Sequence record: SRR20825019_641
Direction: 5' to 3' (one strand)
Length of the DNA stretch: 41,067 nucleotides
The translations under genes were made by a program, and so were the position numbers. The notes beneath the pieces are model-generated. The model ran no database searches and had not been told where the DNA came from. It was given only the letters and a program-made list of their open reading frames with translations. Of this stretch, positions 35,339 to 41,067 are shown one piece after another. Within the stretch, counting starts at the first letter, position 1. Each line of letters begins with the position of its first letter.

Positions 35339-38300
35339 TTAATCATTGATTTTATAGACTTGTGCTTTATCGTTATTGAATATAGCCAACAAATATTTTT
35401 TATGGTCGAGTGTAATTGTTCTTAAATGTCGGATTGATTTTTTGGTAAAATCCAATCCCAATTGGTTGCCCAGAATAATACTGCCATCACTTTTGATGAG
35501 GGCTCCTGGAAACGAATCCAATCTACCATGATAGGGTTTCACACCAAAATAATTGCCTCCGAGCAGCACTTCGGTATTTCCATCACCGGTAAAATCATCT
35601 ACAACAAATGCAAGAATGGGAGATACTTGAAGTTCATTTTTAAATGGAACAAAAACAAAGCTGCCGCCGTCATTCCTTAAGTATCCGGATTTTAATGTAT
35701 TTACCTGTAGTTGGGTGGACGATTTCAAAACATCCTCCCCAAATATTTCTTCCATGGTATCGCCGGCAAAGGATTTGTAGGTGGTGTATTTCTTTTTTAG
35801 GTACACCAACTGCGATGCCAATCCATCCAAAGTTTCCAATGGATAGTATTTTCCGTTTTTTTCCATGGCCGTTACCGTTTCCGTTTGACCATTATCGTCA
35901 AAATCATTGAAATACAATTTCATGGGATGCTCTTCGGAAGCTTTGAACCTAGAATTGGTGCCCCAGTTTCCAAGAAGATAATCGGTGTCTCCGTCCCCGT
36001 CAATGTCAAAGGCCTCAATGGCTTGCCACAGTCCTGGAATGTTTACGTGCTCTACTTCGGTAAACGTACCATTTTGATATTTTAAGAACTTGGGAGACAT
36101 CCATTCCCCGACCAAAATAAGGTCGGTGGTGCCATCGCCATCAAAATCGCTCCAAATGGCATCGGTTACCATTCCCTTGGAAAATTTTTCAAAACCTTTC
36201 TTTATGTTGAAGGTTCCTTTGTCATTTTCCAGCAAATAGGAAGTGGCAGGGGCTCCAAACTTTGCTGTAATGGTGTGTCCGCCGATAAAAACGTCCAAAT
36301 CGCCATCACCATCAAAATCAAAAGGAGCCACAACGGATGAGTTTTGATAGGATTCCGGTAATGCAATCCGTTGGAAAACTGAATCTTTTTGAACATAATA
36401 GGCATCCAGCAAGGCTTCCGACTTTCCAAAAAAGTCACCTCCACCCGAACTGACCATAAGGTCATTTTTACCATTATTGGTAAAGTCAGCAATGCTTGCA
36501 GAAATATTTTCCTGAATGGAGTCTTTTTGAAGGCTTTTCATTTTTTGGTTTATAAAAATGGAATCCTGTTGTACAAAAATTTGCGATGGTTCATATTTTG
36601 ATCCCCCTATGAAAATATCTTCCTTGCCATCATTGTTTAAGTCGCCCGTGGCGAACGCTGGACCTCTATCCGATAGTTGATACGGAATCAGTTTTTCACG
36701 GTTAAAGTCCGTGTAGTTGTCCTCAACATGGGTAAAATCCAGGCCTAGATTATTTTCCACTGGACTGAACAAGGGTTTTTTACCTTCATAAAGTGAATTA
36801 TAATCAAATGGTTTGGTGCCTTTTGGGGTCACCGTCAAGGTTTGGTTTACCGTAACGTTTCGTAATACTTGATAGGTCTTATCCGACCAAATGACTTTAA
36901 TGGAGTCTATTGCGGATATATTTTTATATCCAAAGTGGACCATGGGTTCGGAAGAGGCCTGAAAACCACGGGTAGGGAACAATTCCTTGAACTGAAGCCC
37001 TCCATTCGCATAGGAATATACCTTGGTACCTATTCCAAATTTATTGTTTTCGGTATAGTCGAACTGTAATTTAAGATACTTGCCCGTGTCGTTGGTTTTA
37101 TTGACGTACAAGGTTACAGGTTGGTTGATATTGTTTGTGACCAAATCCAAATCGCCATCGCCATCGAGGTCTCCCATGGCGGTTGCTCCGGAAACCAAGG
37201 TGTCCTTGGCAATCCATTTGTCGGACATGTCCTGAAAGTGGAGGTCTTCGCCGCCCTTAAAGACATAATTATGGACGCTGCCGGAAGGCATAAGGTCCAA
37301 AGCTTGTTGGTCTACCAGTTTGGTGTTGTCCATTTTGCTCTTGATCTGGTCGTTGGACACGAATTTGATAAAATCGAGGTCGTTGGGTCTTTTTGGAATT
37401 CCGTTGGAAATAAATAGGTCCTGCCGTCCATCAAGGTCGTAGTCGCCAAAAAGTGCGCTCCAGCTCCAATCGGTAGCGGCAATGCCACTCATCAATGCGG
37501 TTTCCATAAAGTTGCCATCGGGCTGGTTCACAAAGAGCATGTTGCGTGTAAACTGATAATGGTACCCAAAACGGTCAATACGCATTTTTTGGGTCTGGAT
37601 GTTGTCATCCCCTTCGGAAGATTTAAGTGCAACTTCGTCTTCAGGTAGCATATCCAAGGAAAGAAAATCCGGTCTGCCATCGTTGTTGATATCGGCCACA
37701 TCGTTCCCCATGGAGAAGCGGGAGGTGTGTCCAAAATATTTTTTCAAGCTCTCTGTAAAAGTGCCATCCCCATTGTTGAGGTAGTAGTAATCATCTTCGT
37801 GGAAATCGTTGCCTACATAAATGTCAGGATATCCGTCCTGATTGAAATCCGCTATTGCCAAGCCTAGGCCGTAACCGTTTACACCGCCATAAATACCGGC
37901 CTCCTCACTAACATCGGTAAACTTGCCATTGTCGTTTCGAAGTAATTTGTCCCCGGTTTCATACAATCTTTCGTACCTAAGGTCAAAACGCCCGAAGGAA
38001 TTTTGTGTGTGCACGGCATGGTTGAGCAGGTACATATCGAGGTCGCCGTCCAGATCATAGTCAAAAAATGCTACATTGGAGCTATAGGAGTCAAAATCCA
38101 GTCCGTACTTGACAGCACTTTCCGTAAAAGTGTTGTCGCCATTGTTAATGTACAGTTCGTTGTGCCCGTTAAAACCATTGATTCCGACTACGGCACAAAC
38201 GTATATATCCAGAAGTCCGTCCCCGTTTACATCGGCCATGGCAACACCGGTATTCCAATCGCTGTTTCCCTCGATTCCGGCCGAACTTGAGATGTCTTCA

Positions 38301-38578
38301 AACTCAAGGTTTCCTTTGTTGAGGTACAACTTGTTTTTTACTTGGTTTCCGGTAAAGAAAATATCTGGCAGTCCATCATTGTTGATATCTCCAATGGATA
38401 CGCCACCACCATTATAAAAATAGAGATAGTCCAAAATACTCAGGTCTTTGGTGGAGGTAAGGGTATTGGTGAAGTCCAACCCGGTTTTTTTGGGGTCGGG
38501 GTTTTCAAAAAGGCTACCTCCTTTATTACAGGAAATGACCAGTAAGGCAAGGGACAATATGATGGGAAACCTATTCAT
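35339..38578 (-). CDS. VCBS/FG-GAP repeat lipoprotein with central ASPIC/UnbV domain
   Basis: Lipobox VISC; 14 D-x-D/N-x-D/N-G-type repeats arranged 7+7 around an ASPIC/UnbV segment (GIGTKV...RGFQASSEPMVHFG...IKVIWSD). Confidence 0.9.
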   Translation of the reverse strand: MNRFPIILSLALLVISCNKGGSLFENPDPKKTGLDFTNTLTSTKDLSILDYLYFYNGGGVSIGDINNDGLPDIFFTGNQVKNKLYLNKGNLEFEDISSSAGIEGNSDWNTGVAMADVNGDGLLDIYVCAVVGINGFNGHNELYINNGDNTFTESAVKYGLDFDSYSSNVAFFDYDLDGDLDMYLLNHAVHTQNSFGRFDLRYERLYETGDKLLRNDNGKFTDVSEEAGIYGGVNGYGLGLAIADFNQDGYPDIYVGNDFHEDDYYYLNNGDGTFTESLKKYFGHTSRFSMGNDVADINNDGRPDFLSLDMLPEDEVALKSSEGDDNIQTQKMRIDRFGYHYQFTRNMLFVNQPDGNFMETALMSGIAATDWSWSALFGDYDLDGRQDLFISNGIPKRPNDLDFIKFVSNDQIKSKMDNTKLVDQQALDLMPSGSVHNYVFKGGEDLHFQDMSDKWIAKDTLVSGATAMGDLDGDGDLDLVTNNINQPVTLYVNKTNDTGKYLKLQFDYTENNKFGIGTKVYSYANGGLQFKELFPTRGFQASSEPMVHFGYKNISAIDSIKVIWSDKTYQVLRNVTVNQTLTVTPKGTKPFDYNSLYEGKKPLFSPVENNLGLDFTHVEDNYTDFNREKLIPYQLSDRGPAFATGDLNNDGKEDIFIGGSKYEPSQIFVQQDSIFINQKMKSLQKDSIQENISASIADFTNNGKNDLMVSSGGGDFFGKSEALLDAYYVQKDSVFQRIALPESYQNSSVVAPFDFDGDGDLDVFIGGHTITAKFGAPATSYLLENDKGTFNIKKGFEKFSKGMVTDAIWSDFDGDGTTDLILVGEWMSPKFLKYQNGTFTEVEHVNIPGLWQAIEAFDIDGDGDTDYLLGNWGTNSRFKASEEHPMKLYFNDFDDNGQTETVTAMEKNGKYYPLETLDGLASQLVYLKKKYTTYKSFAGDTMEEIFGEDVLKSSTQLQVNTLKSGYLRNDGGSFVFVPFKNELQVSPILAFVVDDFTGDGNTEVLLGGNYFGVKPYHGRLDSFPGALIKSDGSIILGNQLGLDFTKKSIRHLRTITLDHKKYLLAIFNNDKAQVYKIND

Positions 38579-41067
38579 TTAGGGCAAAGATCTTTGGTTT
38601 GTTGTTGTTGACGGCGGCAATAACATAAATTTTTCCGTTTTTGTCCTTGAACTGTTTCAAATATTTTACCTCGTCCCTGATTTTGAATCCACTGGTCTCG
38701 TAATCTTGCCAAGTGAATCCCATTTTTCCGTCTCCTAGCAACAAGTTTCCTTGGCTCGCATCCAATCGGGAAAACTGTGGCTTAAACTCGTAGTTGTTGC
38801 CTGCCATGATCAAATCCAAGTTGCCGTCGTTGTTTACATCGGTACAGGTAATGTCGCAAATGCAGGAAAGTTGTGCCTTTAGTGGTAAATTTATAATGGT
38901 AAATTTCCCCCCACCTTCGTTAATGGCAATTACCGATGCCGAGGTTTCTACCTTTTTTACAATGGATTTGTCCATCACCTCTTTAGGGAAAAGTTGGTGA
39001 ATGGTACGATGGGCATAGTCCGAAGCCTTGAGGTTTTGCTTTTTGAGCGAGGGCAATTGTCCCGTAAGCTCACTTTTTTGGTGAATTGGGTAATCACCGC
39101 CATTTTCTTGCATGGTAACGATTTGCTCTATGGTTCCGTTGTTGTCGTAATCGTTGATGTACATTTTCATTGGGGCATATTCTTTTGGCTTGTAATGAAG
39201 GTTCAGGCCTTGGTTGCCCAATATTAAGTCTTGGTCGCCATCACCATCCAAGTCCGCGGTTTCCACGGTGTTCCACCATCCGTACAAACTGTCCAATGAG
39301 GTGGACATTTTGGTCAATCTTCTACCGGTGTTCTTGTAAATTTTTGGGGTATCCCATTCGGCTGAGACAATTAGATCGCTTTTACCATCACCATCGATAT
39401 CGATCCATTTGGAATCGGTGACCATTCCAGCATCTTTTAAGTCGTAACCCAAACGTTCCGTTACGTTGGTAAAGGTACCATCTCCCATATTTTCCAAGAG
39501 GAGATGGTCTGGGGACACACCATATACACCAACAACACTCCGTGAACCGATAAAAAGGTCCACATCACCATCGTTGTCATAATCATATGGAGCTATAGTG
39601 GAAATATTCTTAAATGTTGATGGCAGTTCGTTTTCCGATTTTGAAAAGTTACCCTTCCCGTCATTTAAGTACAAACGTGCCCTGTAATTACGTTGCCTAC
39701 CCACGTCATTTCCGCCGGAGCCCACGACCAGGTCCATGTCGCCATCGCCATCGGCATCGAAAAAGGTTGCTGCGACATCCTCATGCTCCTTATCCTCTTC
39801 AAAGACCGTGTTTTTGTTGAGAGAAACTTTTCCATTTCCTAGATGGGTGTAAATGGCCCCTGGTTGACCTTTGGCCCCACCGATAAAAAAATCCTCATTT
39901 CCGTCGCCATTTACATCTGCCACTGCCAATGATGGTCCTTCTTGCGAAAGTTTATGCGAAATCAGGCCTTCATAATCAAAGTCGTTATAGTTGTCTTCCT
40001 TATGTTGGACCATTAGGTTATTGTCCAATTCTGTCAAGAATGATCTTTTGGTTTCTTTTTTAGGAATGGAGTACGTTTCGGTTGCATTGGCGTGGTTCAA
40101 GTTAAGTACCTGATTGGCTTGTACATTTTCCAATTTTTGGGTAAGGTCATCTGGCCATATAATGCGGATGGAGTCCAATTTTTCGGATTTCCCCAGTCCG
40201 ATGGTCATTTCATATTGTACAGAGGACTGGAAACCTCTTGATGGGATCAATTCTTGGTTTAAGATATTTCCATCAAAATAGACCTTGGCCAAAGTGCCTA
40301 TGGCAAAGGGGTTGTTCTTTGGTCCCTTGAACTTTAGTTGGATGAAGTTGTTGTTCAACTGGGATTCGGTATTGTTCCTATAAATAAAAGCAGGTGTGTT
40401 TACGTTGTTGATCACTATATCCAGGTCCCCATCGTTGTCCAAGTCGGCATATGCGGAACCGTTGGAGCGGGTAGGGAGTTCGAAACCCCATTCTTTGTTG
40501 GCATTTGTAAAGGAAATGTCGCCATTGTTCTTGTAGGCATAATTGGGCTGTGGGTTCACCGGCATTTTATTGATAATGGAATCAATGGATTCCTTTTTGC
40601 CTGTTAAAGCCATTTTTTGGACTATCTCATTGGCGAAGAAATCCACAAAATCCAAATCGGTGAGGTCATGATTGATACCATTGGTGATGAATATGTCCTT
40701 AAGGCCATCGTTGTCCATATCGAACATGAGCCCTGCCCAGCTCCAATCTGTGGCATCGACACCACTGTAGTTGGCGACTTCTGAGAAAGTTCCATTGCCG
40801 TTGTTGAGCTGTAATGTATTCTGGATGTATTGCTGACCAAAATCCTTGTTCTGCTTGAGGTCAAAAATGTTATATCCCTCAAATTCCATCACGGATTTTA
40901 CACGATGTTCTTGTTCTGGCAGCATTTCGGTAATAAAGATGTCGTTGTGTCCGTCATTATTGATGTCTGCAATATCAATTCCCATGGCGGAAAGGCTCAA
41001 ATGCGAGACCCATTCCTTGATTTCTTCATTGAACGTACCATCTTTTTGATTGATGTAGAGATAATCC
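38571..41067 (-). CDS. VCBS/FG-GAP repeat protein with ASPIC/UnbV domain (5' end outside the window), paralog of the downstream gene
   Basis: Frame stays open beyond 41000 to the window edge (DYLYINQKDGTFNEEIKEWVSHLSLSAMG...); 10 repeats visible; ATDWSW and RGFQSS motifs shared with the paralog; 8-nt overlap with the next gene. Confidence 0.9.
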   Translation of the reverse strand, partial: DYLYINQKDGTFNEEIKEWVSHLSLSAMGIDIADINNDGHNDIFITEMLPEQEHRVKSVMEFEGYNIFDLKQNKDFGQQYIQNTLQLNNGNGTFSEVANYSGVDATDWSWAGLMFDMDNDGLKDIFITNGINHDLTDLDFVDFFANEIVQKMALTGKKESIDSIINKMPVNPQPNYAYKNNGDISFTNANKEWGFELPTRSNGSAYADLDNDGDLDIVINNVNTPAFIYRNNTESQLNNNFIQLKFKGPKNNPFAIGTLAKVYFDGNILNQELIPSRGFQSSVQYEMTIGLGKSEKLDSIRIIWPDDLTQKLENVQANQVLNLNHANATETYSIPKKETKRSFLTELDNNLMVQHKEDNYNDFDYEGLISHKLSQEGPSLAVADVNGDGNEDFFIGGAKGQPGAIYTHLGNGKVSLNKNTVFEEDKEHEDVAATFFDADGDGDMDLVVGSGGNDVGRQRNYRARLYLNDGKGNFSKSENELPSTFKNISTIAPYDYDNDGDVDLFIGSRSVVGVYGVSPDHLLLENMGDGTFTNVTERLGYDLKDAGMVTDSKWIDIDGDGKSDLIVSAEWDTPKIYKNTGRRLTKMSTSLDSLYGWWNTVETADLDGDGDQDLILGNQGLNLHYKPKEYAPMKMYINDYDNNGTIEQIVTMQENGGDYPIHQKSELTGQLPSLKKQNLKASDYAHRTIHQLFPKEVMDKSIVKKVETSASVIAINEGGGKFTIINLPLKAQLSCICDITCTDVNNDGNLDLIMAGNNYEFKPQFSRLDASQGNLLLGDGKMGFTWQDYETSGFKIRDEVKYLKQFKDKNGKIYVIAAVNNNKPKIFALNE

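Noticed and set aside
35339-41067. Recurrent GATGGCGATGGC-like nucleotide motifs as CRISPR or DNA repeats
   Set aside because: Explained by DxDGDG peptide repeats in coding sequence; no identical repeats with unique spacers.

Overview
Gene-dense 41 kb chromosomal segment, most likely from a marine Flavobacteriaceae (Bacteroidota); this is inferred from TAnnTTTG promoters, a TonB-dependent transporter, many lipoproteins and VCBS/ASPIC proteins. No rRNA, tRNA, CRISPR, integrase or IS was recognised. Left to right: (1) a phosphate-starvation locus, with a TonB-dependent transporter plus surface lipoprotein divergent from phoB-phoR and an 11-bp-periodic Pho-box-like array between them; (2) housekeeping genes (glycosyltransferase, trmB, LysE family, alkyltransferase-like, amidase); (3) an Fe-S/redox cluster (mrp/apbC, NifU-like, ferredoxin-NADP reductase, 2Fe-2S ferredoxin); (4) ABC exporter, TPM protein, Ntn acylase, hypothetical, acyltransferase, membrane AraC; (5) the most intriguing block, 21645-29996: a metallophosphoesterase, a GAF protein whose C-terminal half shows motifs resembling a divergent class III nucleotidyl cyclase, an HD/PDE-like phosphohydrolase fused to a Pycsar-type (DUF5706/PycTM-like) membrane effector, and a lipoprotein fusing a metallophosphatase, an atypical-kinase-like domain and an Omp85-type barrel, possibly an undescribed cyclic-nucleotide system; (6) recQ; (7) the distal part of an operon with two VCBS/ASPIC double-propeller proteins, a vanadium haloperoxidase-family lipoprotein, a GyrI-like protein and a propeller lipoprotein. 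All family calls are by-eye motif recognition; no searches were run.
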